Below are positions 34,995 to 49,472 of a stretch of DNA of 64,000 bases, in pieces (positions within the stretch are counted from its first letter, which is position 1; each line of letters opens with the position of its first letter). The DNA is from Octopus sinensis (lineage: Eukaryota), in assembly GCF_006345805.1 (NCBI RefSeq), contig NC_042999.1:25854001-25918000 (forward strand). The letters are read 5' to 3'. The notes under the pieces were generated by a model. It made no database searches, was not told the DNA's origin, and was given only the letters and a program-made list of their open reading frames with translations. Both the position numbers and the translations under genes were made by a program.

Positions 34995-36994
34995 GTGTGT
35001 GCGTGTGTATCTGTGTGTGTGTGTCTGTGTGTGTGTGTCTTATGTTTCTTATACTGTGACATATATACAAGAGGAACATTTTTGAAGTGAAATCACAAAT
35101 CTAATAATTGTAATGACAATAAATTGCAGTGTGTAATTTATTTTCCAGAAATATTAAATTAAAGATGAAGATGCCAATATTCAGTGTTAATTTGATTGAT
35201 GAATAAGTGCTAAATAATTTGGTAGAATATTTAACAGCAATTTCCTATCATCTATCATGACAGCTGTAGTAAACAACAAACAATAGGAAAATGCAACAAA
35301 GAATATATATTGATTGAATTTTGAGATTCCTATACATCAGTACTAGTGTCTGAAGGAAAACCGTTCGTGTTTACAATACTCTTAGTAAAAGAATATTTAT
35401 TGATTCCTCTTATTGGAAGAAATATTAATTGTTACATACTGATTCAACCGCAGTATTGCCTATAGATTTAACAAGATCAGTGCGATTTGATCTTAGAACC
35501 TTTACAGATGTCATCAATCAGTTATATTCAGTGACTCTAGTACACGTGGTACTGTCTAATATTAATGATTTCCAAAATTGATGCTTAACCAGTAATTTAG
35601 GGGTGTGGCATAGGATATGAATGTAATACTAAGATTATGGGTAGTATACATGATTTTCTCGAACACGGAAAATGAGACTCAATAGCAAACACCAACGTAA
35701 TTGGAATTCAGGTTTTAATGGATCGACGTTAATTGTTGCAAGCCTATTATCTGACATCTTAATAAATCTGCCAAAATGGCGATCGAGATTATTCTGAAGA
35801 TAATGAATACTACATCGGTTACTAGTTTGTTAATTAAGCACATTAGAAAATGGGAGACTCAATAATTGAAGGCAATGTGTTGATTTGTGTCTCACCACCT
35901 TTGAATCCATTAAGTATGATCATTTGCCAACATCTCTGATAAATTATTGTGATTAGATTTTAAATCATATTTTCTGAAAGAAAAATAATTGAATAGTTAT
36001 CTTTTTATGAAGATTTGTTTTTCTATCAAAGAAAATTATAATCATGATATTTGGGGAGTGGGAGGAGGAGGAATAAACGGCCTAATTATTTTTGGCATAA
36101 ATTCGATCTTGATGGATTCATAGGGTAGAAAATGATAAATCATGGACAAAATATAGTCATTTATATCAAGATGAATTATAAATGGATGAAATTAAACGAT
36201 AAGGGCGCGGATGTTACATGTGACTACTTTTTCAAAAAGATTTTCATCTAAAGGAATTAAATGAATTTGCAATTATATAAAGAACATGAACTTATATAAT
36301 TTTCCCCATATTACACCAACAGGAGTTACATTTGAATAAGCTACATAAATTTTTTTTGTGTGAATGCATGTGTTCATGAAGGTGTGTGTATGTATGCATA
36401 TATGTAAGTATGTATGTATGTATGTATGTATGTATGTATGTATGTATGTATGTATATATATATATAATTTGATACACACGCACACACACGCAAACACACA
36501 TACACACATATAATTTGATACACACACTACATGTGCTACTATTAGCTGAAAGCATGCCAGAAAAATTTTGAACACGTCAATTTTCCTAACACAAACATTA
36601 GGCACTGCTCATATTGCATAACGAATTAAAATGTGACCATGGGATGACAGAAGAAGTGAGAAAAGGCGAAAATGCATGAAAGTAGTAGATATTTGAAAAA
36701 CCGGAAAACGAAGACGAAAACAGAAAGAAGCGAAGGTGGCCAATAAGCGTTATTTCTTAAAGCACAAAATAAGGCTTAAATGGTAGAAATAACAGAAGAC
36801 TGAAAAGATGGTCTGTGGTACAGATTTTCTATCTGGAGAGGTTGGCACTTTCTAAATCGTCAACAGGGACTTACCCATATACTTACAACTGCTGAAAGTT
36901 TTGGATCTACAATTGAATTCAGCTGTATGTGAGAGATCTTAGATCTGAAAAGAATCTGAGTCCTTTCATCTACACGTAGTTTACATTTTTTATT

Positions 36995-37230
36995 CCGTTA
37001 ACATATAGTGTAGATTTTTCGACTATTTTTTCCACTTTCTCGTATGTGGCGTGGCGTTCGACTTAAAACCTCATACGCAGATAGCGAACTTTGTAGATTT
37101 AATTTTATCCCTGGGCCGGAAGGAAGATATGAGATTAGCTTTACGATTTTTAAATTCGTATTCCATATAGCTCTTCTTATCGGTTGCATTATCAACTTAC
37201 CATGAAGGAACTGTACGCTATCTATCTGTG
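36995..37230 (-). mobile_element. Penelope-type GIY-YIG endonuclease fragment
   Basis: EYEFKNRKANLISSFRPRDKIKSTKFAICV*GFKSNATPHTRKWK resembles the PLE motif EFKTRYNNH.SSFR.R.K.NST.LS.YIW.LK...KWK. Confidence 0.7.
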
Positions 37231-37273
37231 TATCTATGTATTTACCTACCTACCTACCTACCTATTTATTTAC

Positions 37274-37348
<75 letters not shown>

Positions 37349-37531
37349 CCTAACTACCTATCTATCTATCTATCTATTTATCTATCTATTTATTGATACA
37401 TGCGTATGTATATGTATATATATAATTTTATATATATGTATATATATATAAATATATAAATATATATATATATATATTTGGAGATACACACTTATGTATG
37501 TCTATATATGTGTGTATTAAATATATATATG

Positions 37532-37588
<57 letters not shown>

Positions 37589-37734
37589 GTATCGATATAT
37601 ACGTATATATGTCTGTATATATGTATGTAAATATATATATATATATGCATGTGTATATACATATATATGCATGTGTATATATGCGTATATATCTATAAAT
37701 GTATATATCTATTATTATTATATATATATTATAT

Positions 37735-37792
<58 letters not shown>

Positions 37793-37807
37793 ATATGTGT
37801 GTGTGTG

Positions 37808-37975
37808 TGTACAGATAGATAGAAAGGTGTACTATTCAGTCCGTGATGGTAAGAAGATAATGCAACTGATAAGAATAGCTGTATGCGAAGATGAATTTAA
37901 AAATCGTTATGCTAATCACATATCTTCCCTTCCGTTACAGGGAGAAATGTTAAGCTACTAACTTGGCTAGCGGCG
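37808..37975 (+). mobile_element. Penelope-type GIY-YIG fragment, inverted counterpart of 36995-37230
   Basis: [18 protein letters not shown][fs]FRYREKC*ATNLA; visibly homologous over ~125 bp to the reverse complement of 37085-37205. Confidence 0.72.
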
Positions 37976-37992
37976 TATTAGTTATATATATA

Positions 37993-38037
<45 letters not shown>

Positions 38038-38610
38038 CCTCCTCCTCTTTCACTCCTACACACCTTCTCTCTTCATCGATAGCCCTCCATCCACACTTCA
38101 CCGTCACATCCACACACACCAACACCGATAAATCACATCACACACAAGCACACCACATCACGCCACTCCAAACCACATTACATCACCTCGTACACACTAG
38201 CATTGACACTTCACCAAACGCACACCATCATCCACACACTCACACATTATAGACTCACACACTTCCACACAGAGACATCCACGCATCAAAGTCTCCATAC
38301 GTACATACAGTCCACACACACATAGAGTCTCACATTCAACGCACCCGTACCGGCATTTTTGGATCCCCAATACTTTATTATCTCCCCTTCTTCCTAACTC
38401 CCTGTCTAACTACCTTTTCCCACCCATCACAAACCGCTAGCTGCAAAAGTTATTTTATTCTCTCTCTGTTTATTTCCTCGTGTTCCCTTCTGTTGAAGAG
38501 CGTAGGTTCGAAACGTAAAATACTTTCTCTCCTTAACGAGCGTTAAACTAATACAACTGTTTGATGTTTATACACTTGTGTTTGTCTTTTGTCTTTCTGC
38601 AAATTTCAAC

Positions 38611-38612
<2 letters not shown>
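38038..38612 (+). mobile_element. PLE family C 3' region (C/A-rich UTR plus terminal repeat) with hammerhead motif (38486-38521)
   Basis: CCUU-CUGUUGA-A-GAGC(GUAG)GUUC-GAAACGUA/AAAU; (TA)n on both sides. Confidence 0.7.
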
Positions 38613-38647
<35 letters not shown>

Positions 38648-38649
<2 letters not shown>

Positions 38650-38781
38650 CGTATTGAGATAAAAACCAAGGCAGTGTAGAGTTTAGAACATTTATAAATA
38701 GAATGTCTTATCCGTAACACTTGTTCAGCTTTACCAAACACCTTTGGGTCTCACTGATACCATTATCTCTCACAAACTCCC

Positions 38782-38824
<43 letters not shown>

Positions 38825-38911
38825 GATATATCTATATATATATATACATATATATAGTATATATAAGTTATATATATGGATATGTGTATATATATAAATT
38901 TATATATAATC

Positions 38912-38953
<42 letters not shown>

Positions 38954-39826
38954 GCACAAACGTAAAAAGAAACGCACACACATATATTGACATTTAGTTA
39001 AATGGTTGCAAGGATACAAAGATATAAACTTATTCGCTATTTCTAGAAAGAAAAAAGTCAGTTTAAACTTTGCTATAGTATTGCTTGAATGACGGAGAAA
39101 AATATTACCATGTCTGAAATCTTGAATTTGCTGCTAGCAATATGATTTAAAATGCATGAGAAACATTGAAAGTGTGTGGGAGAGAATTCCCTTTATATTG
39201 GAGAATTGGAGGGAATTTTCAAGAAATAGAAATACATTAAATGAATAAATACAAAAAAAAAAACATGTAAAATGTAGAATCTTAAAGTAAATAGTATTGA
39301 TATTAGCGAAATTCGAAGCAGATGTGACAAAAAATATGATCTATACAATGGTATTAGCTATATGCGGGTAAATAAATATCAGATTTTGTCCTTACGCAAT
39401 CATTTCTTCTTCATACCTTAGGCATGTCATTTACATCTTATCAGATAACAACTGCTATGTGAGAAAAGAGGAATCATTGCTGTAGGCCCTGTCTTCTCAT
39501 TGATTGAAGCCCGTAACGGTTTTTGTATATCCTATTGCATAATGAGTTAGTTTGTATTATCATANNNNNNNNNNNNNNNNNNNNNNNNNNNNNNNNNNNN
39601 NNNNNNNNNNNNNNNNNNNNNNNNNNNNNNNNNNNNNNNNNNNNNNNNNNNNNNNNNNNNNNNNATACTATATTATATCCGTATTGAGATAAAACCAAGG
39701 CGTGTAGAGTTTAGAACATTTATAAATAGAATGTCTTATCCGTAACACTTGTTCACTTTACCAAACACCTTTGGGTCTCACTGATACCATTATCTCTCAC
39801 AAACTCCCCTCTCTCTCGCTCTCTCG

Positions 39827-39862
<36 letters not shown>

Positions 39863-40573
39863 CATATATATGTATATAGCAGTATATATAATGGATATGT
39901 ATGTATATATATAAATTTATATATAATCATATGTATATATATATATATCATATTATCATACACACATATGCACAACGTAAAAAGAAACGCACACACATAT
40001 ATTGACATTTAGTTCAATGGTTGCAAGGATACAAAGATAAACTTATTCGCTATTTCTAGAAAGAAAAAAGTCAGTTTAAACTTTTGCTATAGTATTGCTT
40101 GAATGACGGAGAAAACTATTACCATGTCTGAAATCTTGAATTTGCTGCTAGCAATATGATTTAAATGCAATGAGAAACATGAAAGTGTGTGGGAGAGAAT
40201 TCCCTTTATATTGGAGAATTGGAGGGAATTTTCAAGAAATAGAAATACATTAAATGAATAAATACAAAAAAAAAAACATGTAAAATGTTAGAATCTTAAG
40301 TAAATAGTATGATATTAGCGAATTCGAAGCAGATGTGACAAAAAATATTAATCTATACAATGGTAGCTATATGCGGGTAATACAATATCAGATTTTGTCC
40401 TTACGCAATCATTTCTTCTTCATACCTTAGGCATGTCATTTACATCTTATCAGATAACAACTGCTATGTGAGAAAAGAGGAATCATTGCTGTAGGCCCTG
40501 TCTTCTCATTGATTGAAGCCCGTAACGGTTTTTGTATATCCTATTGCATAATGAGTTAGTTTGTATTATCATA
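38648..40573. other. ~900-bp direct duplication either side of a 100-N scaffold gap; probable assembly artefact
   Basis: 38648-39564 matches 39678-40573; Ns at 39565-39664; the second copy differs mainly by 1-3 nt deletions. Confidence 0.9.
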
Positions 40574-42229
40574 CAAGACTGGTTATCCGCTTAAAGTTCA
40601 TGGCTATGAATGGCCTTTAATTTCAGTAGCAGTCACCAGGTTTTAACAATAATTCGGGATAATGTAATTCTTTAACTCTTTTGTAGACAACCTACAACAA
40701 CAACAACACAGTAACAACAGTCTTAACTATCTGCCCCTATTGTTAAGTCTAGTGTTCTGCTAAACATATTATAACAAAGGAAAAAAGTGAATTTCTATAT
40801 AAATTAATTGATAGAAGATACACATCGTGTATCATATACTACTTGACAACAGAGAATCAGCTAGCGATGAACCTCTCTGCAGCAGGTGACTTACAAGAAA
40901 TACCAGCCAAATCGCACGAAAATCTCTCTGAAAAGCTCAATTCTCACTACACAGTCCTAAGTAAAATATTTAAAATAAAAAGATTGTATGATCCTAGTCG
41001 GAATATCTCTGATGTTAAGTCTTCTCAATGAGAACAATACGCAACAACAAAAACATCATATTAACAATGTAAACAATATCGTTCTGTTTGATTTTTTTTA
41101 GTTATAGAAACCTCGACATTTGCTCAGAAAAGATTCAGTGATTTGAATATTCTTTTTGAGTTCAAATCTAGTCATCATTTAATTATTCTCTTCTCATGCG
41201 AACAACCGCTAAAAATGACCTCTTCAATTTTAAGTTTGTTTGAATCACGATTATATATTTTTCGTACGAATAAATAAATATCGAGAGAAAGTCAATCGAG
41301 TTATCAGCAATCTTTCCTCGAATGTTTCACTACACGTTTAAACAAGAAAGAATATATCTTACAGAAGAGAAGAAAGAAGGGTTCATTACGGTTTGAAAGC
41401 ATTTGAGCTGCCGGTCTCTAGCATTAAACATAAAGGAACAATGAACACTATGGAAGCTGTCAATTGAAATAATAAAGTATAGTTAAAGGAACATGACTGA
41501 AATGGCAATGTCTGTGAGTCTTTTATAGACAGTTGAAGAAACACTTCGCGTATTTTATTACGGATCTTAACGTTGTGTGTTCTCAACCGTTATAAACTAG
41601 CTGTCACTCATTTTAAGTACAGTACATACTTCTTCCATGACCTTATCGGGACTCATTCTGTCTAAATATCTCTCCTCAAACTTTGTAGATGGTAGACATA
41701 TATCTACATCAATATCAAACTTGTTCAAGAATCAATCTTTTTACGCAGCTACCATATCACAATCGCAAAATTCGATTGGCTCACAAACCTCATAATCCCT
41801 GTAACCAAATATATCTGACGTACTAATATTTTACTATTTTACTATTGTATTTTGGTAGGTATATAAAGTTATGTTTATAAAAAAGAACATTTAAATTCAC
41901 TAGTGCAATGTTTGTATTGCTAATATCATTTATATTAATTTTAGTATAGCTATCATACTGGGATATTAGAATTACTTATACCTTAAGATATTACTCCCTA
42001 AGTTAATAGGTTATATTATAGTATAATAATAATATCATTGAATTTACCCAATATTATTTTAGAGGACTTACTGATGTGTCTAATATTACTGAATTTAGTG
42101 CAACGTAAAAGTTAATGAAATAAGCCGCTCCTCATACAATATTTGACGCATACGCGCGCGAGCGATCGTTCAGATAAAAACGTAAGGACATACATTTCTC
42201 ATATGTAGAAGAATAAGGCGGCTACTTGG

Positions 42230-42420
42230 AAGGATCATTAATACCCCAGGCAAAACGTTTTGCGGCATTTCGTTCGACTTTACCTTCAAGGTTCAAATGC
42301 CACCGGGGAGAAACATGCCTTTCATCTTCTCCGAGTTTTATAATATAGCCTAGTTAAGTATTGGGGTCGATTCAATCGACTTACCCTTTCCGACAAAATT
42401 GCTGGCATTGTACCGAATTG
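42230..42420 (+). mobile_element. MetaSINE-like SINE, diverged
   Basis: GCGGCATTTCGTTCGAC...GGTTCAAATGCCACCG...GCCTTTCATC...TTGGGGTCGATTCAATCGACT. Confidence 0.7.
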
Positions 42421-42556
42421 TGATAATTCTAAACAAAAATGGATCAGATCGTGTTAGGATAGTTGAGTGGTTACGCAGTGTATCATGAGATTCTAACTAG
42501 CACATATACAAGTGCATATTTCAGTGTATAGGTATGAACGTGTATGTGTAGCTACG

Positions 42557-42590
<34 letters not shown>

Positions 42591-44649
42591 TATATATATA
42601 TACATACATATATATATATACATACGTCATGCGTGTACGTATATTTATATAACTATGCTAATATGTATAAATATGGTCGAATGGACTTTCACTCCAATGT
42701 CTAATATGTTGCGTAGATATCGTATTCTATAGACTAAGATCAACACACCCATACGATTTCATGGAAATTGAGCTGGAAGAAATTGCATACAAGCCAGCAG
42801 GTGAAATTGTATATGTTATTGAAATTGTATAATCTTGATACTGTGTTATGTTTATTCTGAATAGTGATTACATTAATGATACACATATTTCTACGATTCG
42901 CAGTCATTCATTGCCGAAGAAATAATTCAGGAAGAATTTCGAATCAAAAATCTTAAGTCTTTACTCTAAAGAATACAATTATCTTTTCCTTAATGAAGGG
43001 TTAATTTTGAAATTATTTTTTAGTCTTGAGATTATCTCACCTTCTCAAATGTTCTTGTTTATAGTTATCACAAAGCTATTCTTCTACGGCTCTTGGATGC
43101 GACGATAATCTCAATAGCCTAAGAATCTGTTTTGTATAGCATATAATACACTCCATTCGAATTTTGTTGCATATTTTAACTATTTCCTATCGCTGAGAAT
43201 TCCCGTTCAAAATTCATTTTTGTTGTCTCTATAGTGAATAGTCTAAGAGTTTTAGTAAATCCTAAATTATATAGTTCAAAATAGAATTTTGCATACTATT
43301 GATGCTCTAAATGATTGCATGTTTTTAATTTCTATTTGATTAGATTAAAAATGAAATAAAATCGGTTTTATTATTATATGAACATATTATAATGCTAAGG
43401 TGTTCGACGAGGAATTATTTTACCTATTAGTGAGATTTTCTGTTTTCGCTACACCATGAAGGAAAGTGTTGCATCGGGGCTTTTGCTCGCTCCCGAGCCC
43501 ATTGATGACGTGGAAGTACGTTTAAATTAAAATTGCTGATGGAATTCCCATGTTTTATAATGTGTTTCTCCATGATTTATATTTTACACTTCAATGGTAT
43601 GACTTGGCGCCTAACAAGCAACACTACCGTCTTTATTGGGATAATCAATTTGTGCTCAGATGTTCTTTCCTCATACAAGGCACAATCTAAAGATTCCGGC
43701 TAATCTTTCTTAAAGAAATTTGTTTCCCCCTGGAAGTAACTCTCTATTGTTTATTGCCTCCTATCTGGGGCCTTGTAAAAGAAATATTCTGTGAAAAACA
43801 TTCACATGCATCAGTTCAGCTCTACCAACATTAAAAATCGAATAAATATAAACAATTTCAAGGTATGAGGTATTTATTAGAAAAAGAGTTGGAATTCCTG
43901 TCCCTTGCAGTAAGTTAAACAATACAAAACTTATTGTATTTATCTTGGAAGTGAAGATCAATACATTTTTTTCCTTTCTGCTCACTCAGAATATAACATG
44001 ACAGGATATTTTCAAATATAACAAAGTGGTGCCTCATATCTGATAGCCTTCGTTTTCGAAATATTGTTCCGATTTTCAATTACTTCCATTTTTGAATGAC
44101 TGTTTCAATAATGTTGCATGGAATACTGTGAAGTGTAACTTGAAGCGAAAAGTAAAGATGGAATGCATGAAAATGAGAAGGAGGTAAGAACATATTCCTT
44201 CTTTTTCATATTTGTTTTGGTGTTTATTTGTTTTTCTTTAATTTTGTGATGAAATTTCGTAATAATCAAATCGAAAATGGCAAAATATATAGGAAATAGT
44301 ATTCACAGCAATTTTAATGTTTCAACATCCTCATTACACGTGTCCGAGTAACTGTGCCAACATTAGGAAATAGTTAAAATTGTTTTTATTAAAAACAGGA
44401 CTTCTACTTCTAGAAAAGACAAAGAAAAAAAAACGATAAGGAAAAAAGATTTCGACAGAAGCTATAAAAGCAAGACCTACAGAAAAAATATTGAAACAAA
44501 ACCTTATTGCCAACAAATTATAGATTGGAACCAAAAACTTAAACATATATCAAATATATTTCACTCTCTTCTACATGGTAATAAATTTACTGCCAATACC
44601 TTGGGAAGCAAAGAATTAATTGAACGGATGTTTCAATACTTGCAGCAAG

Positions 44650-44830
44650 GAAAGTCATGCATGTGACTGCAGCAGCACATAGTGGAATTGTCTGCATTTA
44701 ATCCTGCCGGATCGATGGCATCTTATATCCATATACGGTCGGTTAAATATGGCCCCCTAATGTATTTTGGTCGATTCAATCGGCTGTACGTTACCTCAGA
44801 ATAATTTGGAATTGTTCCAAAGGTAAACAA
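44650..44830 (+). mobile_element. MetaSINE-like SINE, very old remnant
   Basis: ...GGTCGATTCAATCGGCT...CCTCAGAATAATTTGG; weak similarity to 42230-42420. Confidence 0.4.
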
Positions 44831-45517
44831 ATACCATTACATACAACAGATCCTTTTGCTACTGGCAAAGGTTCAGCGAGATAAAAGAACAGATTTTTCT
44901 AAAATTAAGTTATACGTTTAACTCATTCTGGACGTGCCAGAAATTATTGATTATCGTTACTGTAACAGGATGTGAAAGGTCTTGTCATGTATTGTACATC
45001 ACTCCAGATGCAAATATCATTACCCCACGACGGAAAAAAATATTTGACAAAGATGTAGCTGTTCATTAGTCCCAGGTCAACTTTGATACAGACCTCCTTC
45101 CAGTCGTTGGACATTTATTAGAATCGCCAGCCATTGTCAGGGATATTCAATCCGTAGCTCTCCCGGCTTTCTTTCTATATCTCTTATTCCATTCGCTGAC
45201 TAATGCGTAGCTATATATTTAAAAGGATAAGATACTATGTCATCAACAACAATTTCCAACAGATTATCTGACGCTCGATAAGTTATTTCAATTCGAGGCG
45301 TATTGCTATAGGAACCGCGAGACTGATAAAATGCTCAAAGAAAACGTCAATTTTTAATAAATATGGAAATGCATTCCTGGCCTTTTTCCTGTAAATAACC
45401 TCAATACAACCGAATATTACGGACGCTTTTCAACTCTAAATCTAACACTTCGTGTGTTATGAACTAACGACAGTATAACGTACATACATACATACACATT
45501 ATATTAATATATTTTAT

Positions 45518-45552
<35 letters not shown>

Positions 45553-47476
45553 TAGATATGTATATGTATATATATATATATATAATATATATATATATAT
45601 ATTATATATATATATAGATGTATATATATATAGTCGGCCGGTTTCGCTTGTGCTAATCAGGAATAAATATTCTTTGATAGCGTTACAAGGTGTGTGCGTG
45701 CGTGTGTGTGTGTGCGCGCACGTGCCTGTGCATTACTATATATCTATGTTGCTTCCAGTTATAACTATCGAAATTGTAATGAACAGGTGTCTCATAATTA
45801 CTTGAAATACTGAAGACGATTTATATGGCCATTAATAAACTGTAAAGAGGTCTTCATCAACATCTGGCATCAAAAAACTGATGCGAATTCATTCGTGTTA
45901 TATTAAATATGTTTAAGAAATGCACGATGAACTTATTATTATAACTGCAAAAATATAATTTTCACTCTAGTAATTGAATCTGTGCCGGTTTTTCTGTAAG
46001 ATGGAAAACTTTTACTTCTTCAAAACCAGAAACTCAAACGAAAATATATCAGACACAATTTTAATTAATGTTCTTCCAACAAACATTTTTCTTGGTCATA
46101 TACGATAAACACGAATTCAAATTTATCCTGTATTCCATGGTGACGTAAAGCAATCATTTCTACAACTGAATGCTTCGCATATATTCTAGCATGGCGATAT
46201 ATGTTCATGGCGAAACTACTGGCAACACCAGATTTTTTTGTTTCTAAGACTTTATTTTAAATTACTGTTTTTCATCGGTTACTGCTTTTCTACTGTCAAT
46301 CATATTACGAGCATAAATGTAGTTGTTCCAAAGATTCAGGTCAGATTCAATCGCTCAGACATTCGCTCATGCCCTAGCTATGATTATGAGATGTTAGAGT
46401 AAATTCTATTACCTTACTCAGAATTATGTTCTGAGCGCTTCTGGTAACATTTGGTCCAGTTCAGTCTGTTGGAATGTTCTGAAAGTACTATTTTTGGACA
46501 CACAGCAGGATGAAACAAGAAATATAATGTGACAAAAAGTGAGTTAACTCAGCATTCTTAACTGTTATGCGATATATGTTCTTACTTATTTATATATGCA
46601 TGTTTAAGGCAAATGTGGAAACTAAATTTACGGTAGGTTGTGTGAAGCCACCTCCTCTGAAGACATCTCGGAATGTCATATTAGGAGACTACACGAGAGT
46701 GAGGCTGTGATATAGCGCATCCAATGCACAATCTAAATCAACGGCTAGTGAAAACACTTCCTATATAATCCAATACTCAAAATTCGCCAGGAAGCATACC
46801 AGAAATACAGCATGGACAAATGTGCCATTTGTGGCAATATATGCATCAGGGGAAGTGAAAAAAAAGACTACAAAAAACTACCACTTCAGTTGTTGGAACA
46901 CATAAGGTATACAACACATAGAAATATTTATAATTCTCCGGTTGCTTGCGGGGTTTGCACTAATCGATGTGGTTTTCAGGCAAATGAATAGGAACTACTC
47001 AAGAAGATGTTTGATTTCGGTAATATTAGGTTAATGTATATCTTGCGGGTCAAATGTTCACATAGAGGGTAAAAGAATATTTCATTCAAGTATATCCGTA
47101 TAATAGAAATGCGTGTATGAACCTTTTGTAGGTATTGCATATATAATCTCCCCATACTCCCACACCACTCCTTTAATAACTACATATTTCATTTTGGCAG
47201 TGTGCTTTTAGTTACAATGCAAAAAAAAATAAAGACAAATCATTATTTATTAACGTCATAAGTGTAGTATCTTTTACGTTAGAATACTTTATGTATGTAT
47301 GTATGTATGTATGTATCTATATATATATTTATATATATATATATATCTACCTACATGACCCATGAACATACATATGCAGAAAACTTTCAACCGCGCACAC
47401 AAGGGTGCGTACATATATACAATTATGCATTATACTCATGTATACATGGGATATACACAAAATATATTATATATGC

Positions 47477-47539
<63 letters not shown>

Positions 47540-48273
47540 ATATATATGGATATATGTATGTTTGTGCTTGTATACTGAAATTTTAAAAAAAGACTGTCAC
47601 GTTGACTGAAATAAATTCTAGATGTGGTATGTGGGCATGGAATTAAGGAAATTATTCCTTAATATTTTGAAGTTCATTAATGAGTATAATCGATATGATT
47701 TGAAAAAATGCTACTAATTTTAAAAATGTATAGAAAATTACTACTAATTATAATTACAGGATCAGAATGATCTGATGATCCTAATAGGAAAAATATCACT
47801 TGTGAGGAATTTAAAACTAAATGGCTAACAGTACTAATTACATTCAGTAATATGGATCTGACCTGTGTTGGTAATAATATATGAATTCAAATCCACTGCC
47901 TTTTTCTAAGAACTCAACTTGCATGAAGCATTATATATATTATATATATATTATATATATATATATAATGATTATTTTATATATAATATATGTTATATGC
48001 TGTTGTGTATGGGGAGAGTCATCCTCTTTTAGTGCCTTATTATTTAACACACTCACCAGTAAAATTTCCACTTATTTATTATTTTTATTTTCTAAAAATT
48101 TTCGTGGCGTCTTGCAAACTTAATAAGGCACTAAAAGACAATGACTCTCCCCAGACACAACAGAATATACTTCAACACACGAACTCATATAAAGAATCTT
48201 GCAAACCAAATCCCAAAACGAAATATGTTATATGTACACACACCAACACACACACACATATATATATATATAT

Positions 48274-48304
<31 letters not shown>

Positions 48305-48442
48305 GTATATATTATATATATATACATATTACCTATATACTATATATATGAATGTATGTATGTATGTATGTATGTATCTATCTATCTATCTATCTAGATC
48401 TATCTATCTCTCTATATATATATATATATGTATTTATATACA

Positions 48443-49213
48443 CTAGCAAACGCCCCACCCCGTCCATTGGACAGTCTGTATAAGTGGATAGGGTTAACTT
48501 GGACAGTGTTAAGTTGTGGAGATGTTTGGTGATTGTATGGTGTTGTTACTTTTGGTTAGGGCATTAAAGACTCTTGAGACTTTAAAACTCTTGACTGATT
48601 CTTCTAAGTATCCATGCTAAAAATTGATTGAAAGTGAATTTTAACACAGTGAACCATTTTAAAATTTTAATGAGGCCAATAAAATGAAGGGAAGCTGTTC
48701 ATTTCACAATATATACAACTTCCAGTGGAATCGGATATCACAATTAAACTTACACATTTTACACACAAATACTTTCACATTAGGATAATGACAGTGTACA
48801 CGTCGTTAGTACATACCTCATGTGGACACCAATACCTCAGACTGAACGCTGTTTTATCTCCAAATTGAATATTGCAATTGATATTTAAGCAATAAACATG
48901 TGTATCTTTTGCATTTGGCGACTGTTGATTTACGTATTTTATTTCGATTTTCACTGACGTGGTGGTAAGAGCTATGGGATAAGTAACATAATATAACAAA
49001 TATAAATGGAAGTTTTAAACATCCGATGGACTGGCTATGAGGATTACAAAAATATTAATTATCACTTGGAAACTGACAATTTTGAAAATCTGTTAAGATT
49101 ACAGAACGTAACGCTGTCTCATGTAACCATGTTTAAAATTTCAGTGCGATCAAATGAAAAATACTCGAGTTATAAGCGCACAAAATACAGACAGAATGGA
49201 TTTATATGTTAGA
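48443..49213 (-). mobile_element. Non-autonomous Helitron-like element
   Basis: Minus strand begins TCTAACATATAAATCCATTCTGTCTG and ends GTCC(AAT)GGAC-GGGGTGGGGCGTTTG-CTAG|T; termini shared with 53171-53709. Confidence 0.65.
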
Positions 49214-49224
49214 GTATATATATT

Positions 49225-49317
49225 ATGTATGTATGTATGTATGTATGTATGTATGTATGTATGTATGTATGTATGTATGTATGTATGTATGTATGTATGT
49301 ATGTATGTATGTATCTA

Positions 49318-49350
<33 letters not shown>

Positions 49351-49391
49351 CTATCTATCTACCTATCTATCTCTAGATCTATCTATCTATC

Positions 49392-49424
<33 letters not shown>

Positions 49425-49472
49425 ATATATATATATATATATACTATATATATATATAATATATATAATATA
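49225..49472. repeat. (TATG)n-(TATC)n-(TA)n microsatellite
   Basis: Visible directly. Confidence 0.95.

Noticed and set aside
43496-43545. C/D-box snoRNA (TGATGA...CTGA with CCA/TGG)
   Set aside because: Only ~50 nt, no C'/D' boxes, and poor K-turn geometry.
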